Both the position numbers and the translations under genes were made by a program. The notes beneath the pieces were generated by a model. The model was not told where the DNA came from. It did not search any database and was given only the letters and a program-made list of their open reading frames with translations. From the NCBI GenBank assembly GCA_051362555.1, contig CM120647.1, positions 20,622,651-20,686,650 on the forward strand: DNA of 64,000 nucleotides, in the 5' to 3' direction. Origin of the DNA: Lingula anatina (taxonomy: Eukaryota; Animalia; Brachiopoda). Position 1 is the first letter of the stretch, and each line of letters opens with the position of its first letter. Of this stretch, positions 36,880-50,804 are shown one piece after another.

Positions 36880-39800
36880 AAGACAGGTGTCAATGAATTC
36901 TTGAAATATTATCTTCACTGACTGACTCATAATAAATTCTTTTGTGTGACGTTTGATTGAGATCTTACTTGGTATTTATCCCCTTAAACACATACAGGTC
37001 AGTAAATTTGACAGGTGACGTGATTATCTGTGCCAGATATTTGAATAACTTTGTTATACTGGAGATAAAAAAACCCGATCTTTTGATCTTTGGTCCTCAA
37101 AAGAATTGTTTGAATGCCAGAATGTTCTATTTTTTTAAAGTCTGTATGCAGTTTCTACCAGCCCTGGCATCACCAAGGCTATATAATGTTTTTTTTAATC
37201 AGATTTTTTTTTTAATTTCTTATCTGTGGTTTATGCTATTATAATATAAAGTTTTATTTCATATTAATTTTGTACTATCAGACCTGTGTGTATTCTAGAT
37301 ATGCTAAAGTTATAATTTTTACATTGTGTTCTGATATCACTACCTCCTAATTTTATGGGTCAAGCATTCCAAATTTTTTTTAAATTTAACTATTCTTATA
37401 AATCTAACTTGAATTTGGCAAAATTACAACTTTGTTAATATCACCCCATTACTATTGTTAATATCACCCCATTACTACAAACTCTTTTGATCTCTTAGCT
37501 CAAAGTTTATTGACATTGATAAAATTCCAAATATTTTTTATCTCACAATTTTTTGACTCACCTGTTCTACAGTTAAAAAGGCTATGATAAGTCATTCACT
37601 GACGAAACCTATGCCCTCAGGTGTGTCAAATATTTGGATACCTTCCCTAGTGTTACCTTTATTTATATTAACACCTGCTAAACATTACAAGAGCTGACAT
37701 CGCTGTCTTCAAAGTAAAAAGTTATTGACTTATATTCTTTGTTGAAGTGTATTGTGTATTCATATACTCATATACCTTTATAATCTGTTAGTTTGAAGAA
37801 GAGAATAGGGTCTTGATTTTAGTCACAGTGCCTGAAACTTAAGACCAAAATGTAGACGTTAGCTGTTTGGTGAACCTGGTCATTGCTCGAGTACTTCGTA
37901 GTTGGGAGCAAACGCTTGTCCCGCATATAAATTAAGGGATAGATTTGCATCACATGCCCATTATTACAATTAACACTCTCCTGGACTCTCTTCCCTGGTG
38001 AATTTAAGTCCTGTCAGGAATCATTTCTGGTGAGTGATTGCCACACAGAAGGAGATTAAACTGATCAGGAAGAGGAATGGGGAGCATACACATGGGCATG
38101 GGGGAAGTGATTACCAATCAGACCTGGTTTGACAATTTTCCTATGGTTTTTAACATATTCTGCAATTGGCATATGCTGTGGGTTTGGACTCTTTTATGTA
38201 TTAACAACAAAAGCATTTTTACATATATATCAAAAACTTCATTTTTTTACGTGTCAGTGGGGGTTTATACAAACTTATCTTTTGTTTTCTCTACTGGTGC
38301 TAACTGACATACTAAAACTTAAGTAAGAATGTGCTGTTCAAAGAAGTCATTGAATACAACACCCCCAACTGTCATACAGACATTTTTAATGGAGGAAATT
38401 GAAACAAATCATATCTGTACCAGGCAGTGTAGCCAGACCAATCCTGCTGAAGTAACAGTGTGCCTAGAAGATGGGTCAATGAATGAAAAGATTATTGATG
38501 GAAATGGGCAGTTTTGAACATAAGGAAATTAAATTTTATCCCCAAGCCACATTGGTGTTGAATTGAATCCTTGATTTTTTGCCCGTTGATAGCAGCCTGG
38601 ATTTAACACCAATTTTTTTTCTGTTGATTTTGGATAAATTGGCTTGGCAGTATGGTCCAGTATTCAGTTAACACATATCTCCCCTGAGATGATTTAAAAA
38701 CTTTTTTTGTCTTCTTTTCCTTTTTCTGTTTTATTATGATAGATTGACCCGGCCTTTTAGTCCACTATTCAGTCAAAATATATCTTCCTCAAAAAGATTT
38801 AATTAAATTAAAATTTCCTTTACCTTTTTATAATGTTTGTTGCAGTTGTATTGAGATAAATGTGTAATTTATGGTAAACCTCTACCTCAAAATTGATTAA
38901 ATAACATCTTTATCTTTTTTCTGTTGTATTAAGATATAATATCGATCATGCTGTATGGTCCAGTATTGAGTAAAAACATCCCTGGGGCCAAGATACCCAA
39001 TCAAGCATCCCCAGGGGTTGTATTTCAAGACCATGGTGCCAGCAATGGCCAATTGTTGTTTGGTAAAATTATATCTATATGGTATACCGCCATCTTAATA
39101 CAGTATACACAACAGATAAGAGTGCATATTGCACTCATAGTATATATTGAGAGTGAGATGCATTTAAATAGTTCCAGTACGTGGAAGATATTTCATATTG
39201 CAGCAGATTTATGACACTAACAAGTCCAAGATTGCAGAAAGGTTGGTAGGGGCTCAGGAAGATTATTGATCCATGGAAAAGGAATTAGAATAATAACTAT
39301 AATTTTGCTGTCCCATATCTCATATCTAATTATAATTACACAAGGCAGGGACGGATTGAGGCCATCTTCTGGGTCTTCCAGAAGACGGTCAGATTTTCAA
39401 GTTTACATTGACTGGTATCTTTTGGAAGACGGTCAAAATGGAGGATGGATCAACAAAGATAATTTGGAAGACTGTCAGAAAATAGCCCTGGATCCACCCC
39501 TGCAAGTGGCTGGTGGTACATTTCCAGGAGGCACCACTATCTCTCTGAGTAATTTAAATTTTTTAATTTTTTTTTAAATGTCCATCATAAAATAACCACC
39601 TGTTGTCCAGTTCCCAATAAATCACTGGCTGGTGGTACATAGCCAGCAGGTGACTGACACCTCTCTGAACTATTAGCACAGTTATTTATTTCTTTCCATC
39701 ATAGAACATCCCAATTATCTCTCCAAAGGAGTCTGTTAACAGTTCCCCTGATAGCTGACCTTATCAGATACTTAAGAAATATTGTTTTTATTATGTATTT

Positions 39801-39928
39801 GTACTTGAAGTTAATGGGACTGAGGGTGGCTGTTAAGATCAGGTAAAGAACAGTGACTGTAGGGTTGTTATATGGGAATGATGGAATATGTGGCTGTCTT
39901 TACATGTTTTCTTTTTCTGGAAACTGAT

Positions 39929-39930
<2 letters not shown>

Positions 39931-39973
<43 letters not shown>
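39931..39973. repeat. (AAT)n microsatellite
   Basis: Direct inspection. Confidence 0.95.
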
Positions 39974-40660
39974 TCTTACACTGAATTTCTGTTTTTGTGC
40001 ATCAATGCACTTTACAATTAAATATAAAATTCCTTATTAAGAATTACAGCACTAAAATAAGACTTCCTTTAAAAGTGTAAAAACATTAAATATAAAAACT
40101 TTTTAGAAGATGAGTTTCTAGAGGTCATGACTTCAAAACCATCATAATAGGTTTTATGTAAACTACATAGTTTTGACTTTGTCTTTTGGTGTGGGGAAGT
40201 ATTTCTGCAAAACTGCCAAGTGACATGTATAACAACACCTTGAACACAGGAACTTGAGGCTTAGAGGAGATTTTCAGGTGTGAATCACATTATAACACCA
40301 TTATATGCATTAAGCCATTGATGAATTTTCATCTTTTTTCCATTCAAGTACTTTGCAAAATAAATGCCTGTCTTGACCTGATTTGCAACAGGTAAAAATA
40401 ACATAGGTGACAAGCATATTTTTGTAGTAAATATGATAATTACTGGTATATTGCTTTGCACAAGTCGGTCCGGCCTTTGGTCAATAACTGGACCGACTTG
40501 TCTGACCAATAAATAAATAACAATTTGGTCAATGGTCTTTATGCATATATGGTAGGGAGGTTTGTTAGCAGGTGAAGATGACCTCTATTGCTTTGACATA
40601 AGTAGCTCAAAGGTTAAGGTCACATTGACCTTGAACACAAGAATTGTGTGAACCCAGTAT

Positions 40661-40725
40661 ACGCGCTTCTCAAAAATTATGCATGATTTGACCCAATTTA
40701 CGAAAACGAGGCTAAAAAGGCAAAC
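40661..40725 (+). repeat. Left imperfect terminal inverted repeat of the ISL2EU element
   Basis: ACGCGCTTCT..ATGCATGA..TGACCCAATTT..CGAGGCTA..GGCAAA aligns with the reverse complement of 45217-45290. Confidence 0.75.
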
Positions 40726-40763
40726 GAATTCTTAGCAACGAAGCTAGAAGGCAGTCCTGTAGA

Positions 40764-42917
40764 ATGTCGGGAGGTAAAGACCACTGTTGTGTGCCGTTGT
40801 GCACAAATGACAAACGTTATCATCCAGAGTTATCATTTCACAAGTTTCCAGAAGACCCAGAGCGAAGGAAAATTTGGATAGTAAGAATAAGGAGAGACGA
40901 GGGCACGATGTTTCAGGTCAGTGTTTACAATGTTTTCAAATGCAAATATTGACATAATTCCTCCGCTGGCTAGGACATTATAAGCCGTCAAACGACTGCA
41001 AGGGTAGTAACGAGTCTGTTTAACTAAGTACGAATTTTGTTCTTAGATATGTCTGGGGGCATATATACTCGATAAATAACTACTTATGAAATAATTGGAA
41101 GTCTGCGGACATATTTTGTGCGGTCGCATGTGTTCTCTGTCGTCGTTAGATTTCCGCCGTGTTTGGCTTATTTATGAATGGAAATAATTTTATTTATCAT
41201 CAGATCACCCCAAGTACAAAAGTTTGCTCAAGCCACTTCTTACATGAGGATTTTAAGTGGTCTCCAGTCAGAAAAGTGTTGAAGTCAACTGCCATTCCCT
41301 CACTTTTTGCTTGGTCAAAGCAAGCGGGCAGAGCACCACCCAAGGAGAGACCTCCTGTCGATTCACTTCCTTCCAAAAGACGCAAACAGGATGGGGACAC
41401 AGAAGGGTAGGCCCTTTTATCCATTTATGTAGTATTGTTTGTTTTCCTTCTTTAATTTTGCAGATTATTAGCATCTTATTTAGTATCTGGTTTGTTAATA
41501 AACAGAGCCACAAAAATGTATATGTATCATGTATGGTATAGAGGCTAGACAAACATGAATGATTTCATCACAAATAAATTAGAAAAATTGCATTTATGTT
41601 TGTGTTAGCCTTTTCTTTTATTCATTCTTTTATTTATATTTTTGATGTTTGCATTATAGTGATAGAAGTAGCTAAGCTAAAAATGTTAAAATGTTATATT
41701 TAAAAATATTATTATTATTTTGTCTTTAATTTTCAAATAAAAAGTATTTTCCTGAGGTTGCTGGATGGTATATATTCATTTATTTTTACCCAATTTTTGT
41801 TTTATGCAGGATAGAATATGATGCACCAGTAGAGGATCATTCTGCTGATGATGATACAACACCATCTGAAGAACAAGATGATGAGCTAGTCAAGCGGATT
41901 AGAGAGCTGGAAGAGAAAATTTCTGAGCAAAATCAAGAAAAGGCAAGCTTACAAGAGGAAAATACTAAACTGAAACAGCAGCTGTCTTTGGAGACATTTG
42001 GAGTTGAACGATTTGGTTCGGACAATACAATTATGCTATTTTATACAGGATTTATTTGTTCCACGTTTAGATTGTTGTTTGAATTTGTTAAACCAGCAGC
42101 AGACAACATGCAGAGTGCATATTATGCAGCCTCAGAAAGAACCAGTTTGAGGGGCCGTCCACGTAACATGCTTTTAATTGACGAACTGTTCATGTTCTTG
42201 TGTCGACTAAAAGCTGGGCTGTATGAGCAGGATTTGGCCATCAGATTCAAGTGCCATATAAGCACCGTGAGCCGAAAAATTATTTCCTGGGCCAACTTGT
42301 TGTATTTTGTGTTGGGGAGCATCCCTATTTGGCCATCTAGGGAGCAAGTTGATAACAGTATGCCCCAGGTATTCAAAGATAAATATCCCAAAACAAGGGT
42401 TATTTTAGATTGCACAGAAATTAAAATACAAACACCTTCATCTCTTGTGTTAAGTAGTAAAACTTACTCAAGTTACAAGAGTCATAGTACATTTAAAGGT
42501 CTCATTGGCATTGCCCCAAATGGTGCTATAACCTTCATTTCCTCTTTGTTTACTGGTTGCACCTCTGACACAGAGATCACTAGATTAAGTGGAATAATAG
42601 ATCTTTTAGAAGAAGGAGACAGTGTAATGGCTGATAAAGGTTTCACAATTGGCAACCAGCTTAAAGAAAAAAAAGTATCTCTGAACATTCCACCGTTTCG
42701 ATTCAACTCCCAATTTACCCTTGACCAAATAGCACACACACAGGAAATTGCAAGTTTAAGAATTCATGTTGAGAGAGCAATTAGAAGGACAAAAGAACAC
42801 CACTTGTTTGATAGTGTGATTCCGATATCTACAGCCGGCAGTATCAATCAGTTATGGACTGTAGCATGTTTGCTTACTTTGTGGAGAGGACCATTAATTA
42901 AAGTTAATGAAATGTAA
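40764..42917 (+). CDS. THAP + HTH + DDE (DDE_Tnp_4 / HARBI1-like) transposase, 3 exons, 487 aa
   Basis: Exons 40764-40916, 41204-41406 and 41810-42917 with GT-AG introns in phase. THAP C2CH (CCVPLC..FHKFP..RRKIW..VCSSHF..AIPSLF), acidic/coiled-coil linker, HTH (DLAIRFKCHISTVSR), catalytic ILDCTE, MADKGF and RIHVERAI. Confidence 0.92.
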
Positions 42918-43194
42918 TGTAAATTTCTCTTCAGGTGAAAATTTTCTAAATTTTATTTGATATTCACACAGTACTTTCAGTCATACAAAAATATTTATGT
43001 TATATGCAATTCATCACAAATGTTTTCATATGTATAATTTATAGAGTTTTGCTCAATGGACACTTTTCTTTATTATGTATCATGACAATCAGTATTGCTC
43101 AATTTTAACTTTAATTTACATATATTATCAATTGCTCAGCTATGTATATCTCTGTCTGTTTGAAAGCTCAAAACATGTAAGTCCACTGTATTTT

Positions 43195-45208
43195 TCAAAG
43201 TAAATAATTAAAGAAAAACATGTCTAGTTTGTCTTTCATCTCCTGCCATTCAACTTGATCAAAATAAATGGTCTCTAGGTGACTGTCATTTTCTGTCCAT
43301 ACAAAAAAATCACACCATTCAAGTCCTGTGCAGGCCAATTGCATAACTACCTGTCTGTAGTAATTGTGACGCTTTTTTAGGAGCAAAATACCTGCCTCAT
43401 TTTTCTTTAGATAATCCAACTCTAAAACTGATCCAGTTACTGGGCACTTGATTTCCAGGAGCCCAAAGGGAGGTGTTCTGTTGGGGCGGTACACTTTTCT
43501 GTCTGGGGATGCTGCCAACCATGAAGCAGTGGGACTAACAACTATCCCACATGGATATAAATTCACATTTTGGTCCAGTTTGTCCACATAAGCCTGGGCA
43601 GCAAGACACTCAGATGCAATCCCATGTTTCATGGCTGAAGTTACTACAGTCCGACCAGACTTCCACCTCTCTGCCAATTTTTCAAAGTCTTTTCTTCTAG
43701 TAATTACTTCTCCAGCCTTGGATGCAGTAATACGTTCACGTCGCACATTGTGCCATTTAGGGTCAGTTGACTGTAACCGCGTTTCCTCCTCAATGACAGA
43801 AGCTTCCTCCTTAGACACTGCAAGTGTCCCCAACTTGGCTGATTTTTCTTTGTCCATCACTGCTGCATATACATTTACCATGTGATCATTGCAGGGCAAG
43901 GAAGGAAAATCTTCAGTATCATATAAATTAAAAATATAGTCAGAATGTTGTTTTTGCTGGTAGCTGATCACACTTCCTTTAATCTTGCTACCATATTTAG
44001 TGGGGACAGAGGGAAGAGTAATATCGGGAATTACAGACAGTAAAAGAAAATCTGTATGTTCATCTCTCAGTTTGTCTTTGATATCTACTATACTTGGCAA
44101 CTTTGTCCTAACTGGATTACTGAGGGTTGACTTTATGGTAGACGTTTCCTTCTTGGGATCAAGTCTGTTGTATCCTCTGAACTCCAAACAACTGACTTCA
44201 GCCCCTCTGATTTTCTGACCCCTTGGTTCATGCCAGGTCTGTCTCATTGATGTTTTTACTATATCAGTTGGCACTGCTGATAATTTTAAAGATGAATAAT
44301 GAGCCAATTGATAAAGAGTTGCTGTTACATGTCCACAAGACTTGCTCAGACCAATTGGACATGTGCACTTGGCAAAAGTGACATCAAGGGGCAAATTCTG
44401 TAGATAAATTTCCATAGTATGGGGGGATTCACTCTTTTTCATGGACCTGTGACACCCTGCAGTTACTCTGCACCCTTCGCTGGTGGAAAAGACTGAAAGT
44501 GAGAAAAAATTGGGCATTGTAAAGGTTCAAAAACTAATCTTAAATATAGTGACAGTATGTAGTTGGCAGATAATATGCTGAGGTATTACTTATAAGTGTA
44601 CCAAACTTCGGGGAAAATACGCTTACTAGTAGGCCTACTGTACATGTGTGAAGATGTATATGATACACAAATAAAACAGTTAAATGAAAATTGGAACTCA
44701 TTCCTGTCTTCTCTCGATTAAAACACATTAACTTGGTCGAAAAGTGCTCTAAAATAACGCTTACATGCCCATTTATAAGTCAGTATCCGCCATGTCAGTA
44801 TCCGACATGGCGTGCATAAGTAGCACTATCAATCCGAATGTGCAACAAAAGTCACACGATCGGGAAAAAAGAATGAAAAATACCCGAACAATGTACTATC
44901 CAATGAGTAAAAAGGGGTACAAAGAGGGCAGTAAAAAACGAGACAATATACCGAAGAATTTTCAGCAGATCGATCTAGTGCTTAACTACAGACAAGTTCG
45001 AATTCAGTGAACTGATAAACTTTTACAAGCAAGCTGAAAAATATTACTCACGTTTGATGTTGTGCACGTACTGTTCGCTGAAATATTTGAACCCTTTGTT
45101 CAAATTCTTCTCTCCCAAGCTAGCAACATGTCGACGAACATATGACTCTACAAATCCAAAGCTTATTTCTGGCATAACAGATAAATCCCGTGAGCATGTG
45201 GCTTCCAT
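43195..45208 (-). CDS. SWIM zinc finger + YqaJ-like (lambda exonuclease family) nuclease, 2 exons, about 484 aa
   Basis: Exons 45052-45208 and 43195-44492, phase-1 GT-AG intron. SWIM CTCPIGLSKSCGH; YqaJ motifs W..VRRERITAS, MKHG..SE, LAASPD, LLEIKCP, YYRQVVMQL, WCDFFVW. An alternative upstream ATG at 45262 lies inside the terminal repeat. Confidence 0.9.
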
Positions 45209-45216
45209 CGCTTTAT

Positions 45217-45290
45217 TTGCCCACCTAGCCTCGCTTTGAAATTGGGTCATAGGGTCATGCATATTAATTAGGGAATATTAAGAAGACCCT
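45217..45290 (-). repeat. Right imperfect terminal inverted repeat of the ISL2EU element
   Basis: Reverse complement reads AGGGTCTTCT..ATGCATGA..TGACCCAATTT..CGAGGCTA..GGCAAA. Confidence 0.75.
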
Positions 45291-47061
45291 ATATAAAGAT
45301 AAATTTGGCCTAATTGGGGGGTTGGGATGGAGACAGGGGGTCTAGCTAGCTATAGACAGGTCTCAGAAGGTCTTAAAAGGTAAGAAAATGTACGGAAATT
45401 CTTGTTCTGCCAAGTTATGCTAAGTATGCTAACTTGTTTTAAAAAAGAAAAGTATTCTTTCTGTGCCCAGCATGCCACCAATCACCATGATGTCATCTTC
45501 ATTCATGGTAATACAGAATATTATGTAAGATTGCCAAGGTGTTTTTACTTAAAACTCAAAAACAGCAGAATATTAATTCTCTGAAGAAATACATTTTCTA
45601 AAAGATGTTCGGTATGATTTAACTAAATTGGTGGCAAAGAGAAAAGAGATGAAATTTTGAGGAAATTTGAAAATTTGCTACATTTTATGCCAAAGATGTG
45701 TCATATATAAATCACATGGTTGATGAATTGAATGTAAAATAATTGGTAACCAGACATTTGAACATTACGTACGTGAACCTCCACAGGCAGTTGCTCTCTC
45801 GCCTCTTCATTCTGTGTTTACAAGTGATATAATACTAAATCAACACAAGATAACTTGCTAAAACATGTGTTTAACAGCATGGCCCATGTTATTCCTGGAA
45901 CTATAGAGGTGTTGTTTACAAGTGTCACGTCTGCTGGAGCGCATGTTGATGTCATCCTTGGTTTGTGCTTTGTTTGTTTTGCTTATTGGTACAGTAGGTC
46001 TCTTGGGGCCAATTTATTTAGAAAACAAAAAAGTAAAAAAAGAAAAAAAAAAAAACATGGAAAACTTACTAATCTAAGTTTGCAAAGATTTTTATCTGGA
46101 TGATTAAGAAAATCAGGTGCTGCCTAATCATTTGTTTCTTACAATCCTGAAACAAAGCTTTTTGATCAAACTCTCAAAACCATGGCACTGGTTTTTAACC
46201 AGGCAATGAATGTCATTAGATCATAATAAAAATAAATAAATATTTAAAAAACATCATTATAGGGTGATTACACTAATTGGATCCAGTATTATGAATATCC
46301 CCAAGAAATGGATTTCAGACACAGGAACAGTGGCAGAACTTGTATACTTTGGATCTTGTCTTAAGGCTTTGCCTCCATTATTAGATAATTATCAATATAA
46401 CCCCAGCAGGGCAAATCCACGCACTTAACCTATATTCCAAAGACTGTAAACCCACTTTAGAACCAAAAACAATTTTAATTCTATTAAACCCTGAATCCTC
46501 CAACCATGGTGAGTAGAAAGACCTTGACTAAAGGAACAAAATTATTTTAATGACTTGATCTTTTCAGTGGAGAAAATTGTTAATTTGACACTCAGATGCT
46601 GCATTTTTTAAGTCATAAATTCTTAGAATTAGAACATTCATATTAATTTGAGCGTTAGCAACAAGAGTGAAAAGCAGGCTAGAGTTCTATACTATACAGT
46701 TAAAGTGCCACCAATGCCACATAGAAATATAATAAACTTGAATGATTACAAAAATGATGTATCTGAAAGATTGATGATTTTAGCCCATTGAAAAGATTGA
46801 GTTATTACTGCAGTTGGAATAGATTAACTTGAAAAGTGTTGGATACACTGTATTGTTTCATAACATACGGGCGGTGTCTCAAGGTACTCTAAATTATTCA
46901 TTGTGTTTAAAGCAGTTGGTTTAGCTACAGTAACTTAATTCTGGGCTGGAGTAAATCTATGTATTTGCACAGCTTTTAGGCATTTTTTCTGTTTTGATCC
47001 AAGTTGTGTTTGGATATTCGATTGAATTGCTCCCCGAAGCAGCAATTGAAATGGTACTGAT

Positions 47062-47147
47062 GGACCCCTTTCCCATAGACACCAATGATCTATGTAGATT
47101 GATTCAACTCTGCAGGGACTCTCACTGAGTGCAATCAGCTTAACTGA
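47062..47147. mobile_element. MITE family C, single arm
   Basis: GGACCCCTTTCCCATAGACACC..CAACTCTGCAGGGACTCTCACTGAGTGCAATCAGCTTAACTGA matches 51397-51482. Confidence 0.75.
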
Positions 47148-47474
47148 TTTGTGCATAAACCATAGTGTTACATCCAAATTGACAGAATTATTAAGACCAC
47201 TTATGCTGGTACAATATTCCATATGTATCTTTAAAGAGATCATTATCATAAAACCACCGTGGAAATAACGTCACAGTTTTACGTCTTCCAGAATTATGAG
47301 ATTTTATTACGTCTGTTAATTCTGAAAAATAAATGGTATTTGTAAAGTTGTTTGTGCCAATGGACAAGTAATCTCCAGTTTACCTTGAGACATGAGGATG
47401 TTCACCTTGGTTCTAGATCTGAGAAGATAACTGATAGTTGGGAGATTGAGGCAAGTTTCAATTAAATAAATAGA

Positions 47475-47509
<35 letters not shown>

Positions 47510-47576
47510 GTGAATATGAATAATAAAAAGAAATAGATAATTAGTGGTTTATTAAGTCTTAATTTTAACTCCCCAA

Positions 47577-47607
<31 letters not shown>

Positions 47608-50600
47608 TGTTCTTTTATGGCACTATTAAAAAGAAATTTCAATCCAACAAAGAGAATATCTTAAATTATTAAAAACACTGACAATGAAATAGTGAATTTA
47701 CCTTGACTATAAAAAAAGCAAGAGAAACTATCATTTTGCAGCATTAGTAGGCTAAAAATATAATTAAAAATGTCCTTACCTTCTAAACATCTTAAAAAAT
47801 GTGTAATCAGTAAAGTCTTAAAAGAGTCAATATGTCTAATGGTTAAAGGCAGATTATTTCAAAGTATAGACATACCCAACTTATATATATAGTGTTACCA
47901 TTTCCTCATTACTTATAAGCAAGTTTTAACCTTGTTAAAACACATTTTCCCATTCCTGCCTTATATTAGATTCTCTGATTCTTTCCATCATAGTATAAAC
48001 TGCCACAAGGTGCTTGCTGGAATTCACAGTAACTGAATTGTCTCACTTCTCACCTGTAATTGATCAAAATCCCAGTTTCCAGTCAGACTGAAAATTTGCT
48101 AAGTGTTAATTTGAAAGCTGCCCTAAGAAGTGCTGCACTTTGCGTAAAGTTTCACTCAAAGAAAAGAAGCCATGTTGAAGATTAACCATTCAGGCACTTA
48201 GACTTGATACATGTGACTGTAACATGCCTGCATTAGCTATTTAGCTAAATTGTTTCTGTTACAGCCTACGCCAAGAGTTTTGTTCTACAGAGCCTCTGAA
48301 GGGTGAAGGATTGTGAATAAATACAAACTATAATTGCAAACCACGCAAACCATGCTTGAGATGAACAGAGACCATGTTTCAGAAATTGACTACCAAGTTG
48401 CCAGTTGGTTGAAATTCAAAAATTGATTAAGAAAACACCTGTATATATCTATATGTAAGTTTGTATAAAAAGGATGTAAAAGAAGTTGACTTTGGTGGCA
48501 TAAAAAGCAAAGATATGGAAAACATGATTAAGAAAAAAACTGAATGATGTATGGAACACTGATAAATTTAATAATATCACCACATATAAATTTCACCTGA
48601 TGAGTATGACACAATAAATTTTACCTCCTTTCCTCTGCCTTTACATAGTTGGCCAGTAATAAGGTCTCTTAGTATTCTTGAGCATATTCTACACACATTT
48701 TGGTCACTATGGCATGTATAAGCTAAAAATCTTTTTGCTGATTTTAAAAACTTTTCTTCTTTGTACCATCATCTCCTATACAAACTTACATACTGCAGAT
48801 TGATCCAATATATCCAGCTTGTTCTCAGTGGAAGAATTCATTTGGTTTTGGTGAGGCTTAATATAAGGTCAGGTGAGATAATGCAAAGTGTATGCATACC
48901 CTGATGAGAAGGTGAAGAAAGTGTGCTGTTTCCGAGCAAACTTCGTCATGGTCACGGTCTTGGAGATGATCTCAAGTCTGCTAAATTTTGAATGTGTCAC
49001 ACACAGTGAACTAGCTGTTCTATGCTATCAGGACACCAGACTCTTTATTAACTCACCTTAGTGTTAGCTCACCTTAACTTTTGCAATTGTGGTCTAGACT
49101 TTAGACAAATTTTTGGGTCAAAGAAACTGTGTGAAGCCAGCTACAGACCCCCTGCCTGCAGAACATGACAACAACATGAGTACTTCTCAAACAAGATGAC
49201 TTCATTAGCTTCCTTCACCTTGTACCTGGCTTGTACTACAAGTGTTCAGCTTGTTGATTTAAGGTTTTGGAATCCCTGTTTTTTTGATGGAGGGAATGTT
49301 GACTTTGGCATTTTTTGATGCAATTTTAAGTTGCTTGTGGTATATTTTGAGCTTGTGAGGTTACACAAGGTTAAGGTTTAGGTTTTGTACTCTGTTTAAC
49401 TTTGTCAGTTGAATCAGAATAGTACAGACTGAATTAAAAAAATATTTTGTTAGGTTCTTGCCTTCAGCAGTAGTAGTGAACTTAAATTTTATGACAGTAT
49501 TTTATGCATGTATTGGCAAGCTGTTTAAAAGAGCTTTACTGTCAGCCTGGTTTGGCCTTCACCTTGAATTGACCTTTACCTGGATTTGACCTTCATCTAG
49601 AATTAACCTTATTTCAGGTTCATCAAGGCAGTAGTGTTTAATTGTGCTGTTTATGATCATAGTGTATTTGGTTTTCAAAGCTTTAATAAACTTTTATGAA
49701 CATTTTTTTGTATCTTCATCATTGTAAACACATTTTGACCTTCACCTTGGTGTGACATTTACTTACAAGTAGGATTCTCAGATTTAATGGCAAAACGACC
49801 CTTATTTCTGCACTAGTAATTTACGTTGCTAACTGTTTTTAAAATGAATGATTTTCCTAATATAAGTTTATCATGAAATAAAGTCTTTTCAGAATTTTTT
49901 TCTGTGTCTAGAAGGGATAATACATCAGAAATAAAATAACTCTCATGTAACATCTTGCTGGAAGTGAAATCATTGATAGCTGCACTCCCACCATGGGGGG
50001 ATAATTGAAAATTAATGGTAACTGGGAGCCCAGACAGCCTGTAGGTGTGAATTACCAAGAACTGGTTTCATGGATTTTCCATGATAATTATCACTATGGG
50101 GTATGCTGCAAACCCATTAATGATATTTCCATGAATTGGGATTTCCTGGCTGTTAATAGGGTTGCATAATCTACAGTTATGTGGGAAATAGAAAAGACTT
50201 TTTTATTATTTGAAAATCAATTTTTTTGGCTTTGATTCAGCAACCAGCCAGGGGAAATGCGCATAAGTCCCATGCAGGGCAGAGTGCCCTGACATTTGTA
50301 GTAGAGATTTTTTGTTTAAACGATATCATTTATTTCTTTTTTCCCATCAAAGAAACAGCATAATGAGTCTTCATTGTATTACTACTGACCATTTGGTCTG
50401 ATTTAAAGTTAGTTTGCCTAACAACTGCATGGATTCACGAATGTATCATGAATGTGAGAAATACATGTGAACAGTTCATTTTTAAAGGTGGATATCAGAC
50501 CAGCGGTCTACATTTATCTTATTACTGTTAATCACAATGTGATAATAACTTGAACTAGCTTAGGGTCCAGACCTAAAACATGTGGTAGAAATGGTGTCAG

Positions 50601-50703
50601 TTTGCACAATGTTGGATAAAACTGTAAATGAGTTACCTTGACTTACTTTTATGAAAAAATACTGTGGTTATTTTTATTCACTTTTTTTTTTAATTTGGCA
50701 GGA

Positions 50704-50804
50704 TCTTAAAGTTGCCTTACAATGCCATTAAACATTCAACTAGAAAAGTACACATCTTAAAGTTGCCTTACAATGCCATTAAATATTCAACTAGAAAAGT
50801 ACAC
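50704..50804. repeat. Two-copy direct repeat of about 52 bp
   Basis: TCTTAAAGTTGCCTTACAATGCCATTAAA(C/T)ATTCAACTAGAAAAGTACACA twice. Confidence 0.9.

Larger units (their letters stand above)
40661..45290 (+). mobile_element. Full-length ISL2EU-type DNA transposon (PHIS / PIF-Harbinger-related), 4,630 bp
   Basis: Convergent THAP-DDE transposase and SWIM-YqaJ genes, imperfect terminal inverted repeats, and AT on both flanks (40659-40660, 45291-45292). This gene pair plus an AT duplication is the described ISL2EU signature. Confidence 0.9.

Noticed and set aside
43195-44517. Phage or bacterial contamination suggested by the YqaJ domain
   Set aside because: The gene has a spliceosomal intron and lies within a eukaryotic transposon with defined ends.
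45209-45262. Upstream ATG for the YqaJ gene as given in the ORF track
   Set aside because: It lies inside the terminal repeat, 28 bp from the element end; ATG 45208 is more plausible, though unproven.
48901-48960. Other CTGATGA/CTGACGA motifs (also near 37599, 48598, 51933) as hammerheads
   Set aside because: No convincing stem II followed by GAAA.
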